From Pseudomonadota bacterium (lineage in GTDB: Bacteria > Desulfobacterota > Binatia > Binatales > Binataceae), in NCBI GenBank assembly GCA_021324755.1, contig JAJPIL010000001.1:152-64151 (forward strand): DNA of 64,000 bases, in the 5' to 3' direction. Numbering within the stretch: position 1 is the first letter of the stretch; every line of letters starts with the position of its first letter. Positions 18,917 through 29,294 of the stretch are shown in pieces. A program made the position numbers and the translations under genes. Under the pieces are notes generated by a model, which saw only the letters and a program-made list of their open reading frames with translations, ran no database searches and was not told the origin of the DNA.

Positions 18917-19357
18917 TTCCAGCGCGATAAGAGCGGCGCTCAGGCGCAAAAGGGCGCCAGGCGCGGGCGGCACGAGCGCGTCGAAGCCGCGGGCGAAGAA
19001 GTCGGGATGCCAGTGCGCGGGGTAGTCGGCGATCGTCTGTCCGGGCAGGAGGCCGCGCGCAAGCAGCGCCGCCTTGTTGGCAAGTACGTTGCAGTCGCGG
19101 CAGATAAGCTCCTCGAGCGGCCCGGCGCATCGCGCACACCCCATCGGCGCGCCGCATCGCCAGCACGGCGGATGGGGCGGTGCGGGCGAATGATGGGGCA
19201 GATGCGGGTTGGTCATTTGCGCGAACAGCGCGCGCCCGCCTTCGCAATGGAAAACCGGCGTCTGTGGCTTCCATCCAAGCGCCCCAAGGTCAGCGCCGCA
19301 TTCGGGGCAAAACGCGCGTTCGCCTGCCGAGTTCGAAAATCGCCGCTTAATCGCCAT
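18884..19357 (-). CDS. hypothetical zinc-ribbon protein (four CxxC pairs: CPEC, CWRC, CARC, CRDC)
   Basis: AGGAGG SD 7 nt before the ATG at 19357, directly after the stop of the Rep-like gene. The ORF track gives a longer overlapping reading that starts at 19546. Confidence 0.5.
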   Translation of the reverse strand: MAIKRRFSNSAGERAFCPECGADLGALGWKPQTPVFHCEGGRALFAQMTNPHLPHHSPAPPHPPCWRCGAPMGCARCAGPLEELICRDCNVLANKAALLARGLLPGQTIADYPAHWHPDFFARGFDALVPPAPGALLRLSAALIALEGEKRRDESRD

Positions 19358-19358
19358 C

Positions 19359-20810
19359 CTATCGCCTCCTGGTCTGCCCTTCGACGGCGCGCTCGAGCCA
19401 GCGCGCGACGAACCGCTTGACCGTTTGCGCCGAGGGCGCCCGGCTCGGGTTTCCATCCAACCAGAGCGCCATCTTGGCGAACTCCGCCTCGAGCATCTCA
19501 AGGCTAAGCCCGCCGACGGCCTCGCTAAGCCGACACCAAAAGTCATAATCCGAAAGCAGAACGTCTAGCGTCGGCCCGCTGAAAGTCCTTTGGCGCTTGC
19601 GCAAAAAGCGCTCGAGCCATCGGTCCTGCTCCTCCCATCGCAATTCGCCGCCTCCAGCCGTGCCGTCCGCGCCGCCGGCACTTGCACTGGAGGGCTTGAA
19701 GGGCGCGCCCTGGGTGGGTTCGCGCTCGGGAAAATAAGCGCCAGCGCCGGCGCGGTCACCGTCCGGGCCGCAACTGCGCGCCAGGCAAGGCGTATCCGAG
19801 CCCGAAGCAGCGCAGCTGGAGGAAATCGTTTTGGGCAACAGGAGGCTGCCTAAACCGCTCGCTTGGCGGCACAAGCGGCCTAAAGAATTCTCCTCGGACC
19901 AGTCGCCGCCGACGCTTGCCGATAGCGCCGCAGAAAAGCTGCTGTTTGCCTCGGCGTCGGCGCACGAAAAGCCGACTTCGACCCGACGGCGCGCCGAAAA
20001 AGTGCTGGGGTCGGCCGAAGCACGTGCATGGAAGGCGACGGCCTGGTCCGCAGTGCAGCTGCCGGCGGTATCAACGGAATTAGGAGAGAACAACGATTGG
20101 ACATTGGACGATAGCGAATTGATCGATCTGGAGGCTGGATCGCCATTTAGCGCCTTGCCGTTACATTTAACGGCTTGGCCAGCGGAATGGATCGGCGAGC
20201 TAGCGGTTGAGTGCGACGAGCGAGGCGAAAAGGAAGGAAAATCGCTGTCGCTAGCGAGGCGTGGACGGGCGTTAGGAGGTGCTGGAGTATGGGCCGCGGG
20301 CGGTAACTCGTAGTTGCTGCTTTTCTCAGGGTCAGGGGCGTGCAGGGCGCAGGGATCTGAACTGATTTGGCTCGGGCTCGAGGCCTGCGTGGATGGCGAA
20401 TCTGGGTCGAGTTCGTGGGCGCGCGAGGTCGAGGGTGGGGGCGGCGAAAAGCTCACGTTTTTGGAAGCGCAAGATTCGGGCGGCGGAGGGGGAATCTCGC
20501 TTTGCGCTTCGTGCGGATGAGGCCGTTGATGGCGTCGCCAGGTGGGAATCGCGATATACGCTTCGCCTGCGACGCGGTAGCGTACGATCAAGTTTTGGCG
20601 CGCAAGCTCTTCGAGCCAGCGGTCGACCTGCGCGGGCTTGAGCCGGTCGTAAGGGAAGAGCTTTATCGCGATATGTTCGGGACGGTCCTTGAGCCGCCCT
20701 TCGCGGTCGGCCATATTCCACAGGCCGATAAAAGTGAGCCGGGCATGGTGACTTAGGCGGCCGATTTGGGGGCTTTCCCAGAACTCGGGTCGAATCGTTC
20801 TGATGCGCAT
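19359..20810 (-). CDS. phage/plasmid-associated replication-initiator-like protein of the 'MRxIxPEFW' family. N-terminal winged-helix-like domain, long S/P/A-rich low-complexity linker, then a distinct C-terminal domain of about 100 aa.
   Basis: N-terminus MRIRTIRPEFWESPQIGRLSHHARLTFIGLWNMADREGRL ... IAIKLFPYDRL ... VDRWLEELARQNLIVRY resembles a family I recall from prophage and plasmid replication or replisome-organiser modules. I cannot name the Pfam family with certainty. The flanking iteron-like repeats support a replication role. Confidence 0.5.
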   Translation of the reverse strand: MRIRTIRPEFWESPQIGRLSHHARLTFIGLWNMADREGRLKDRPEHIAIKLFPYDRLKPAQVDRWLEELARQNLIVRYRVAGEAYIAIPTWRRHQRPHPHEAQSEIPPPPPESCASKNVSFSPPPPSTSRAHELDPDSPSTQASSPSQISSDPCALHAPDPEKSSNYELPPAAHTPAPPNARPRLASDSDFPSFSPRSSHSTASSPIHSAGQAVKCNGKALNGDPASRSINSLSSNVQSLFSPNSVDTAGSCTADQAVAFHARASADPSTFSARRRVEVGFSCADAEANSSFSAALSASVGGDWSEENSLGRLCRQASGLGSLLLPKTISSSCAASGSDTPCLARSCGPDGDRAGAGAYFPEREPTQGAPFKPSSASAGGADGTAGGGELRWEEQDRWLERFLRKRQRTFSGPTLDVLLSDYDFWCRLSEAVGGLSLEMLEAEFAKMALWLDGNPSRAPSAQTVKRFVARWLERAVEGQTRRR

Positions 20811-21281
20811 AGGTTTTAGCCTCCGACTAATGGCGCGGATTTTTTGGTGCGCGACTTTTTGCGCGCTCGAGCCAGCGCGGCCTTGAGGTTGCGTACGCGG
20901 CGTTTAAAGGGGTCGAGAAGGCGCTTTGAGTTCGCCACTTTAACCGACGCTGCGCCCCAGGCGCTTGGGCCGCGTATCGCGAGAGGAAAAGATCGTTCGT
21001 TTGCACGCGGGCGCCTTGGGCCGGCTTTAACGCGACGAGGTTGATTCGGCGACAAGCGAAGGTGTCGTCCGAGGGCTTTCGGACTGGGAGGTCCGAGCGG
21101 GCGCCCAACGCGCGGTAGATTTTTTGTGTGCGGTAGGATTGGAGGATTTTTGCTTTGCGATTAGGGTTCGACTTTGCCGAAGGTCGAATTGGTTTAGCAT
21201 TGGGGATGGGGTTTAGGTGAGCGTGGCGAGACGGTCGATTGGGGTTTTGGGTTTTGGAGATGCGGGTGCGGGTTGGGACAA

Positions 21282-22100
21282 GGACGGTACGGATATCGTT
21301 TCGGACGAAGTTCTGGATTTGTCCAGGGCGAATGCCAATTTTCATCAAATCGGGGATCAGCAGGGCACGAGTCCCGGTTGGAACACAATTTGGGATTTGT
21401 GGGGCGCGAATGCTGATTCGCACGAAGCTTGGAGCGTGAAGGGCGCTGATACCGATTCGAACAAAACTGGTGATTTGACGGGCAGAAGTGCCGATTCGAA
21501 AAAAGTTCGGCGTCGGTACGACACGACTCCTGATTAGGACGCAGTTCGGAACTTCGAGGGCTTGGGTGTTAATTTGAACAAAGCGCGGAATTTGACCGGC
21601 GCAAGTCCCGATTTGTGCGAAGTTCGGGATTTTAAGGGCGCGAATCCCGGTCCGCACGAGGTTCAGGATTTGGAGCGCGCGAATGCTGATTCGCAGGAAG
21701 TGCGCAACCTGTAGGGCTAGGGTGCCAAGTCGAGCAAAGTTCTGGATTTGACGTGCGCAAATGCCGATTCGAACGAAGCTCGTGTTTTGACCGGCGCGGG
21801 TGCCAGTTTGAACGGAGCTCTTAATTTGACCGGCGCCGGTGCCGATTTGGACAAAGTTCTGGATTTTACGGGCACGAGTGCCGGTTAGAATGAAGTTGGT
21901 GACCTGACGGGTGCGGACGGCAATTCGAACGGGATTGTGGATTTGACCGGCAGGAGTGCAGGTTCGAACGAAGTTTGTGGTTTCACGGGCGCCGGTGCCA
22001 ATTCGAACAGAGCCCGGCCTTTGCCCCGCACAAACACCAATTCGAACAAGGTTTGTGGTTTGTAAGTCGCAGGCGTGAATTCGGACAAAATTCGGACAGA
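21282..22100. repeat. 21 tandem copies of a 39-bp unit (consensus about GGCGCGAGTGCCGATTCGAACGAAGTTCTGGATTTGACC), degenerate, head-to-tail
   Basis: Read directly; period exactly 39 bp (13 codons). Reading frames are broken on both strands. The ORFs 20827..21657(-), 21885..22115(-) and 21217..21537(+) each show 13-aa pseudo-repeats in different frames. Confidence 0.85.
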
Positions 22101-22546
22101 TCGTTTCAAACGCAATTCTATTTCCCGAATTCCCGCATATTTTCTGTTCTTCTCTTTTCCCGTACCCCTCTTTTGGCGTGATGTTTAATCACGGCAAAAA
22201 CAGAGAGTCGGTGTGCTGGCTGTTTGGCAAGTGAAATGCGGAGAACATGGCGCGGCAAGGCCGGCGCTCGGACAGTTTAAACGCCCGAATTAGCGAGATA
22301 CGCATGAGTGGCAGCCGATTCGAAGGAAGGCAATCAATTGCCTTAAAAGAGACAGAGCCGATATCTCGTAAGACGCGAGACTATCGCTTTTGCTAGGCGT
22401 CGAAGATATCCCATTTGAAAAATGGCACGCCCAAAAGCTACAGCAATCCGGAGGTCAAACCGATGGAAAAAGCTAGCGGGCACAGCTATCGCGCAGCTGC
22501 CTGGTTTGTACGGAGCGCTTCACCAGCCGTTATCAGAGAAATGAAG

Positions 22547-24385
22547 TCAGGTGGCAGACGCTTGTTGCTGCGGATTCGGTGATATTTTCGACGGTATTGT
22601 GGACGATGCGCGGGGCAGCTTTAGGAAACTACCCGTGAAAACCACGGAATTTGGAAACACAATTGTGCGCCCGGTCGGAACCCAGTTGTCCGGGCCACCC
22701 GTAAGCTCGCGTAGACTTATTCGCAGCAGGCCTAATTCCTGTACCTCGCCATAAACGTACCCGTATGGCCCCTGCAAACCCACTCGGTCCCCTACCCGTG
22801 CACCGTTACGGCCAATGATCGAGAAATACCCGACAAGCGATAGAATTACGTTCTGTAAAGCAAAAGCAATGCCTGCGGCGGCAAAGCCAGTAAACGTCGC
22901 CAAAGCCGCCATGTCTGTCGCAAACTTGAATACAAGCACCATCAGGCTAACCGTGATAACTGTAATCGTTCGGAACACCATAACTTGGTGAAGCCGTCGG
23001 TGGTCGGCTATATACTTAAGCGCCAACTGCCGCCACAGCACAGCACCACCGAAAATAAAGCCGAAAACCACGGACAATAAGAGTCCTTGCTCGATCAAAT
23101 CCCGGATTGCACGGTAGGAGGATTGTCTCAGTCCCTCAATATATTGGTTCAAGCCCGCCTGGTAGCGTTTGAGTAGAGAATGCCCTGCTACGATCGGCGC
23201 AGCGGCGTCCCCTAAAAGGCGAAGCTCAGCTAGTGCGGCCTCGAACTGTCGGTTACGCTGTTGCATGGCCCCTGGATCCGCCACTGCTGATTCAGAGTTT
23301 TCAACCTCTTCGAGCGCTTTGAGTAGTTCTCTTGCCCGAGTGCGCAAGTCCTCCCTGGTCTTATCAAAGTCGCGCTGCAATTGAATCGTTCTAGCTAACA
23401 GATGCTGGACCCTACTCCTTTCCTTTTGCAGCGCGAACAGCTGGTTGATACGCCCCCAGATGCCCCCGCTTGACGCCGCAGAATCGAGAGCGGATTGTTG
23501 AGTACTTACCGCGCTGACGGCGGCTTTCCCGAGACCGAGTTCGGGAACTGAATCGGCAAGATCGTTGATTTGTTCAAGAAGCCCGTCAACCGTTCCGAGA
23601 GGATTAGCGGTGCCTTTCTGAAATTTCTCGACCTTGTTGTAGAAGTCGAGCCGGGCCTTATCAACCGCAAGTTTGTTTTCCGTGTCTGTTATCTGAGCTA
23701 AAATTGCAGGCTTTGCCACCGGCGAAGCATTAGCGGCTTGTGCTTTGAGCTCGTTTAACCTGCTCGATAAGGCTTGAATTTCAGCCTCGACTTGTGTCTT
23801 GCGTTGGCTAAGATCGGTGTCCGATCCGGACGGTGGATTAGCGGGGACTTTCGTAATCAAAGCGTCGGCCGCCGGCATCTTAGGCAGCATTGCTGCACAC
23901 GCCCTGGCATATTCAAACGAGACTCGCACAACCTCGAGAGCAGTTTTGTACTGGGCCTCTGAGATTATCGCCAGCGCAGGCTCCACAGGCGCCTGGGGCG
24001 GAGTTTTTGCCATTCGATACCAGTCCAGAACCTCATCTAGAAACGACAATACCGAGCGCTCGACCTTTGCCTCAGCGTTGACCTCGCTCTTCTCTTTCTT
24101 AGCGGGATTCCCGGGAAAATCGGCCGAACTAACAGAGACAAATCCAAATGCGCAAACGATAAGCGCTATAGCTATCGCGCCGAGTCGACCGCCTAAACTC
24201 TTTCCAGAGCTTGGCCGACGAACGTTTAGACTGGCACAACCTGCAAGACCCGAAAGCCTAAGCTGCACAGATCTACATTGTTGCGCCACGAGCGAGCGAC
24301 GTAGTAAAACTCCAGCGCGCAGATACATAGACCTCCTGAGAGCCACGCAAGACTTCTTCGATAGCAGACGCCTTTGCCGAGGCAC
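22547..24385 (-). CDS. mechanosensitive ion channel, MscS family with long N-terminal periplasmic coiled-coil region (MscK/KefA-like architecture)
   Basis: C-terminal region FKFATDMAALATFTGFAAAGIAFALQNVILSLVGYFSIIGRNGARVGDRVGLQGPYGYVYGEVQELGLLRISLRELTGG ... GRTIVFPNSVV is the MscS TM3/beta-domain signature. Signal-like segment AIAIALIVCAFGFVSVSSA. The start could be at 24385 or 24328. Confidence 0.8.
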   Translation of the reverse strand: MPRQRRLLSKKSCVALRRSMYLRAGVLLRRSLVAQQCRSVQLRLSGLAGCASLNVRRPSSGKSLGGRLGAIAIALIVCAFGFVSVSSADFPGNPAKKEKSEVNAEAKVERSVLSFLDEVLDWYRMAKTPPQAPVEPALAIISEAQYKTALEVVRVSFEYARACAAMLPKMPAADALITKVPANPPSGSDTDLSQRKTQVEAEIQALSSRLNELKAQAANASPVAKPAILAQITDTENKLAVDKARLDFYNKVEKFQKGTANPLGTVDGLLEQINDLADSVPELGLGKAAVSAVSTQQSALDSAASSGGIWGRINQLFALQKERSRVQHLLARTIQLQRDFDKTREDLRTRARELLKALEEVENSESAVADPGAMQQRNRQFEAALAELRLLGDAAAPIVAGHSLLKRYQAGLNQYIEGLRQSSYRAIRDLIEQGLLLSVVFGFIFGGAVLWRQLALKYIADHRRLHQVMVFRTITVITVSLMVLVFKFATDMAALATFTGFAAAGIAFALQNVILSLVGYFSIIGRNGARVGDRVGLQGPYGYVYGEVQELGLLRISLRELTGGPDNWVPTGRTIVFPNSVVFTGSFLKLPRASSTIPSKISPNPQQQASAT

Positions 24386-24731
24386 AACGTACCTCAGGAC
24401 GAAAACAGGTCGAAAAACTTTGCCAAAAGCAACATTGGCCTTTTATATAGAAGTCGTCGACACAAGATTGAACCGCAGCGAGCGCTGCAAAGTCTAGCCT
24501 ACTTGAAGGCCAAAAATCGCGAACCAGGAGTTAGCCAACTCGGGCGGATGTGTTCGTTTTACAGGTGCGGGCAGGCGTAGTCGGCCGCTCTGTTGTCGCT
24601 TGAATCGCACGCCGGTTTCACATACTGACAAACCTTGAACCATGGAGAGAAGCCGTTTCCTTGGACGCTCGTGAACAAATTTGGCGGTTTCGCGCTAAAA
24701 GAAACGCTAACGCTGCGATCGAAGACTAAAA

Positions 24732-25355
24732 ATGCTAGAACTCGTGATTTTTGATGCTGACGGTGTGCTTTTCCAGTCCGACGAGTCAAACATCGCCTAC
24801 TATAATACGATCTTCCAAGCTGTGGGCGAGCCACCACTTACACCTGAGGAGGAGAAAGCTTGCGTTTTTCTGTCAGCTGCTCAGGTGTTTGAACTGCGCT
24901 CGCAGGGCAATGAAGAGCGGCTTAAGCGAATGCGGGAAATAAGCGCACAGCTCGACTTCGAACAATTCTTCAAGTTACTGCGGCCGCCCGTGGCTCTTCG
25001 ACCCTTTCTGCTCGACTTGCGCAAAAGCTACCGCTTAGGCCTAGCCACTAACAGGTCGGCAACCGTGCAGAGCTTGCTACGACACTTTCAATTAACCGAC
25101 GTGTTCGATGCGGTCGCCAGTTGCGCTGACAACGTCAGACCGAAGCCGGCTCCTGACATGCTGACCTTGTGTCTCGAGCGGACCGGGCTTAAGCAACCCA
25201 GTAAGGCAGTGTACGTCGGCGACAGCGAGATCGATGAAGCGGCGGCAAAGGCCGCGGGAGTTAACTTTCTCGGTGTAGGTGAGCGCGTCAGCAGCGCGCG
25301 GCGCGTCGGGAGTTTGACCGAGGTACCGCTCGCATTACGCCGCTGGTTCAAGTGA
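24732..25355 (+). CDS. HAD-superfamily hydrolase, subfamily IA (phosphoglycolate-phosphatase-like)
   Basis: Motif I VIFDADGVL, motif III KPAPDML, motif IV YVGDSEIDEAAAKAAG. Confidence 0.8.
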   Translation: MLELVIFDADGVLFQSDESNIAYYNTIFQAVGEPPLTPEEEKACVFLSAAQVFELRSQGNEERLKRMREISAQLDFEQFFKLLRPPVALRPFLLDLRKSYRLGLATNRSATVQSLLRHFQLTDVFDAVASCADNVRPKPAPDMLTLCLERTGLKQPSKAVYVGDSEIDEAAAKAAGVNFLGVGERVSSARRVGSLTEVPLALRRWFK

Positions 25356-25506
25356 ACGTGGCGTGAAACTTTCTCATGTTTCCCCATAAGCGAAACCACT
25401 GCAGGGCTCCCGCGCCGACCATGGATTACTACCGGCGCGGCTTGTTTCGTTAGTTCTGCAGCTGGACATCGAAAAGTAAACTAGCGTAACAAGGTAACCA
25501 TCACTT

Positions 25507-26436
25507 TCAAGCGAAAGCCGGAATTACCTCATGCGCGAACAACTTTAACGTTTCTGGCGAAGCTAAATCGCTAAAGAAAATCGTAAACAAGCTCACACCT
25601 CTGCCAACTCTCTCGCGAATCGACTCGATTACTTGCGGCGGCGTGCCTTTAATAGCGGTAAACGAGAATGGCTTTAGGTTTTTGACCCGCTCCCATTCCT
25701 GGTCGACCTCAGCTTGTGTCGCGCGCACGCACACCAGCACTTGTTCTGACAGCTCCAGTGTTCGTATATCACGCCCCACAGCTTCGCAATGAGCTCTTAA
25801 GGCGTTAAGTTTTTGCTCGAACCTCCGGTAACCGGCCGGACAGTTCCATCGGTCAGCGTAACGAGCCACCAAGCGCAGCATCACTTTCTCTCCGCTACCT
25901 CCGATCGTGAGCGGCGGATGGGGTTTTTGCAAAGGCTTTGGATTATTTGGGGCGTCGGTCACCTTGTAGAACTTACCATGAAAAGTGGTGCGCGACTCGG
26001 TGAACATCGACTTAAGAATTCGGAGGCTTTCCTCCAGCTGTTTGAGCCTCGTACCGATCGGCGCAAACTCATAGCCATATCCCTCAAACTCCTCGGCCAT
26101 CCATCCTGCACCCAGGCCGACTTCTAAGCGCCCAGCACTTATGTGGTCGAGCGTGCTGAGCATCTTAGCCAGTAATGCAGGATTACGAAACGAGTTGCAC
26201 AACACCAACGTGCCCAGTCTCAAGCGTTGCGTCCGGGATGCAAGCCCGCACAACGACATCAAGCATTCCAGATGATCGATGTCCTTGGCTCGGGGGCTCC
26301 ACATGTGATCGACCAACCATAGCGAGTGATACCCAAGTTGTTCGATGAGCGATGCCCGCTCGGCAAGCGCTTCGAATTGGAAGCCTGCCTGCGGCAAAAA
26401 AACCCCAAATTTCACTTTGTGTCCGTTGACTTCCAT
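25507..26436 (-). CDS. LLM-class (luciferase-like) flavin/F420-dependent oxidoreductase
   Basis: FGVFLPQ ... LGYHSLWLVDH ... RLRLGTLVLCNSFRNPALLAKMLSTLDHISAGRLEVGLGAGW are hallmark TIM-barrel LLM motifs. The profile is closest to F420-dependent members, but cofactor specificity cannot be determined by eye. Confidence 0.8.
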   Translation of the reverse strand: MEVNGHKVKFGVFLPQAGFQFEALAERASLIEQLGYHSLWLVDHMWSPRAKDIDHLECLMSLCGLASRTQRLRLGTLVLCNSFRNPALLAKMLSTLDHISAGRLEVGLGAGWMAEEFEGYGYEFAPIGTRLKQLEESLRILKSMFTESRTTFHGKFYKVTDAPNNPKPLQKPHPPLTIGGSGEKVMLRLVARYADRWNCPAGYRRFEQKLNALRAHCEAVGRDIRTLELSEQVLVCVRATQAEVDQEWERVKNLKPFSFTAIKGTPPQVIESIRERVGRGVSLFTIFFSDLASPETLKLFAHEVIPAFA

Positions 26437-27353
26437 CGCCCCAATCTCCGCGCAATTGAATTAGCAAGTTTTAAAACCACGCTCCGAGCTTCAGCCGAGC
26501 ACAGACTTATCAGCCCACGAGATTCACCTAGGTTACATATTCTTGTCGGCTGCAAGCCCGGCAACGCGCGACCAAACGTTGCTAGATCACCTGTCGCTAT
26601 AGGCTAGCACCCATGCAATACATTCGAAAACTGTCGAAGAGCATTTTGTTGGAGCGCACTTCTTGAACACCGTGGCCAGCCAAGTCCCCATCGGCAACGG
26701 CGCTCAGTTGTAAAGACACTACACAATCGGCGCGCTACACCCTAGGCTCGCAGATTTTAAGCCTAATACAATAACTTCGGCCGATACGGTAACTCCTGCT
26801 CCGAGTCGTGACCAAAGCCGCAGCAATTGTAGAACCTACCTTACCCGATGCGCTTAAAGGGCTTGGGCAGAGCGGCATAGACTTTCGCAAGCCCATAAAA
26901 AGGCGGGCTTTCGCATCAGAGGCAACGGCGAACCTAAGCGAAATGACGCGGCCGTAAATAATAAAAGTAGGCCAACCGCTTCAGGACTCTGCCAGACGTT
27001 TCTGAGCTTTCGCCAAGGACGCCGGAGTTGCCCGGACCAAGCATTTGATCTGTCGACTAAACAATAGTTAGAATTTCAAGACGTGCGAAGTAACAGACCT
27101 ATGGCTGTTGCCGTGACCCGAAGGTCGCGCAAAGGTGCCGGTATTATCCCCACAGGACGGCAGAACGCCAAGCACGCCGCGTCGTAGTCAGTCTCTTAGG
27201 CAAACGCAGAGATGGCGATTTAGTGATTTTCCGCGCAAGTACGATGGCGCCTGGGTGAGGCATACCCATCTTCGGCCGTTAATGGATAGCCGCGCATGTA
27301 GTGATCACGTACCTAGATATTTTCAAGTTCGGGCAGAAGGGAAACGAATTAAA

Positions 27354-29294
27354 ATGTACGAGCATATAGTGATAGAGAATATCACGCCATGTTTGGACTG
27401 TGGCCGCTGGCCGATCAAGCGGATTGTCGGCGACACGGTGACGGTCGAGGCTGACGTCTTTCGAGACGGCCATCAGATCGTGCGCGCGGCGCTTCTATGG
27501 GGACGCAAAGGAGATAGGAACCTTGACGAAACGCCTATGGATGCGCTGGGCAACGACCGCTACAGGGGTCAGTTCGTCGTGGAGGAAAACGCGCGCTACG
27601 TATATACCGTTGTTGGATGGACCGATTATTTCGCCTCGTGGCAAAGTGATTTCAAAAAGAAGGTCGAAGCTGGACGTGACGTAGGCTCAGACTTGCTCGA
27701 GGGAATCGCTCTGCTCGAAAAAATCTGCGGGCGCGCCGTCAAGAACTCGGCGGCCGTTGAGGAGCTTAAGGCACTGGTGGAAAGACTTAAACGGTCCAGC
27801 CATCAAGACGCCGTGCGGCTTGCGCTGGACGACGCAGTTAGGCGCCTGGCAGCCGTGCTCGACCCGCGCGAGGATGCGATGGTTCACAAACCGTACCTTG
27901 AGATTATCGTTGACCGGCCGAAGGCGCGCTTCAGCTCCTGGTACGAAATGTTCCCCCGCTCTCAAGGCACGGAACCGGGCAAGCCGAGCACGTTTCTAGA
28001 AGCAGAACGGAGGCTCGACGACATTCAAAGGATGGGATTTGACGTCTTGTACCTTACACCCATCCATCCGATCGGTATCACCAACCGCAAGGGCCCCAAT
28101 AACTCGCTCGTTCCGCTCCCTGATAGCCCGGGGAGCCCATGGGCCATCGGCTCTTCCGCCGGCGGGCACACCGCAGTCGATCCCTCGCTCGGGACCCTCG
28201 AAGACTTCGACCATTTCGTAAAAACGGCCCAGGAAAAGGGACTCGAAGTGGCCCTCGACTTTGCGATTCAGTGCTCGCCCGATCATCCTTGGGTCCGAGA
28301 GCACCCCGAGTGGTTCCGCCATCGCCCCGACGGCTCAATAAAGTATGCGGAAAACCCTCCTAAGGAGTACCAAGATATATACCCGATCGACTTCGACACG
28401 CCAGACCAAGAAGGGCTTAAAGCCGAACTTCTTTGGGTCCTACTGTTCTGGATACGCCGAGGGATCCGCATTTTTCGGGTCGATAATCCACATACCAAAC
28501 CGATCATGTTTTGGCACTGGCTAATCGAAGAGATCCACAAAGACTATCCTGACGTCATCTTCCTTTCCGAAGCATTTACGCGACCGAAGTTGATGAAAGT
28601 TTTGGCTAAAGTCGGCTTTACTCAGTCATACACTTATTTTACTTGGCGCAATACCAAGCAAGAACTCACTGAATATTTAACAGAACTTACACAGAGTGAA
28701 ATGGCGGAATACTTCCGGCCAAACTTTTTCACCAACACGCCTGATATCCTGTCGCCTATTTTGCAGACCGGCGGTCGGCCGGCTTTTCAGATGCGGCTGA
28801 TTCTCGCGGCCACGCTTTCGCCGTCATTCGGAATTTATAGCGGTTATGAATTGTGCGAAAACGAGGCGATACCTGGGACTGAGGAATACATGAACTCCGA
28901 GAAGTACGAAATCAAGGTCCGCGACTGGAACAAACCGGGCAACATAAAGGACTACATCGCGCTGGTCAACGCGATAAGGCGTGAGAACCCAGCGCTTCAG
29001 TATCTAACCAACCTGCGTTTTTTGCCTGCCGACAACGACGCGATTCTTTTTTACGTAAAGTCGACCGCTGATATGAGCAACGTAATTTTGGTTGCGGTCA
29101 ACCTGGATCCCTTCAACACAAGAGAAGCCACCGTAACCGTCCCGTGCGATTCGGTCGGCGTGGCCCCAGGCCAGGCTTATGTAGTTAAGGATTTGTTGAG
29201 CGGCGCAACCTACACCTGGTCCGAACGCAATTACGTGCGTCTGGATCCCCAGGTAAATCCAGCTCATATTCTTCGCGTGGAGCAAAGACTGTGA
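27354..29294 (+). CDS. glgE: alpha-1,4-glucan:maltose-1-phosphate maltosyltransferase
   Basis: N-terminus [41 protein letters not shown] is diagnostic for GlgE. GH13 catalytic core follows ([22 protein letters not shown]). The ATG at 27354 lies inside a longer ORF. Confidence 0.9.
   Translation: MYEHIVIENITPCLDCGRWPIKRIVGDTVTVEADVFRDGHQIVRAALLWGRKGDRNLDETPMDALGNDRYRGQFVVEENARYVYTVVGWTDYFASWQSDFKKKVEAGRDVGSDLLEGIALLEKICGRAVKNSAAVEELKALVERLKRSSHQDAVRLALDDAVRRLAAVLDPREDAMVHKPYLEIIVDRPKARFSSWYEMFPRSQGTEPGKPSTFLEAERRLDDIQRMGFDVLYLTPIHPIGITNRKGPNNSLVPLPDSPGSPWAIGSSAGGHTAVDPSLGTLEDFDHFVKTAQEKGLEVALDFAIQCSPDHPWVREHPEWFRHRPDGSIKYAENPPKEYQDIYPIDFDTPDQEGLKAELLWVLLFWIRRGIRIFRVDNPHTKPIMFWHWLIEEIHKDYPDVIFLSEAFTRPKLMKVLAKVGFTQSYTYFTWRNTKQELTEYLTELTQSEMAEYFRPNFFTNTPDILSPILQTGGRPAFQMRLILAATLSPSFGIYSGYELCENEAIPGTEEYMNSEKYEIKVRDWNKPGNIKDYIALVNAIRRENPALQYLTNLRFLPADNDAILFYVKSTADMSNVILVAVNLDPFNTREATVTVPCDSVGVAPGQAYVVKDLLSGATYTWSERNYVRLDPQVNPAHILRVEQRL

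Noticed and set aside
21282-22100. Possible CRISPR array
   Set aside because: The whole 39-bp unit repeats head-to-tail with graded divergence. There are no unique spacers between conserved repeats and no cas genes nearby.
23799-24497. 232-aa plus-strand ORF antisense to the MscS-family gene
   Set aside because: No domain and no SD. The minus-strand frame carries the clear MscS signature.
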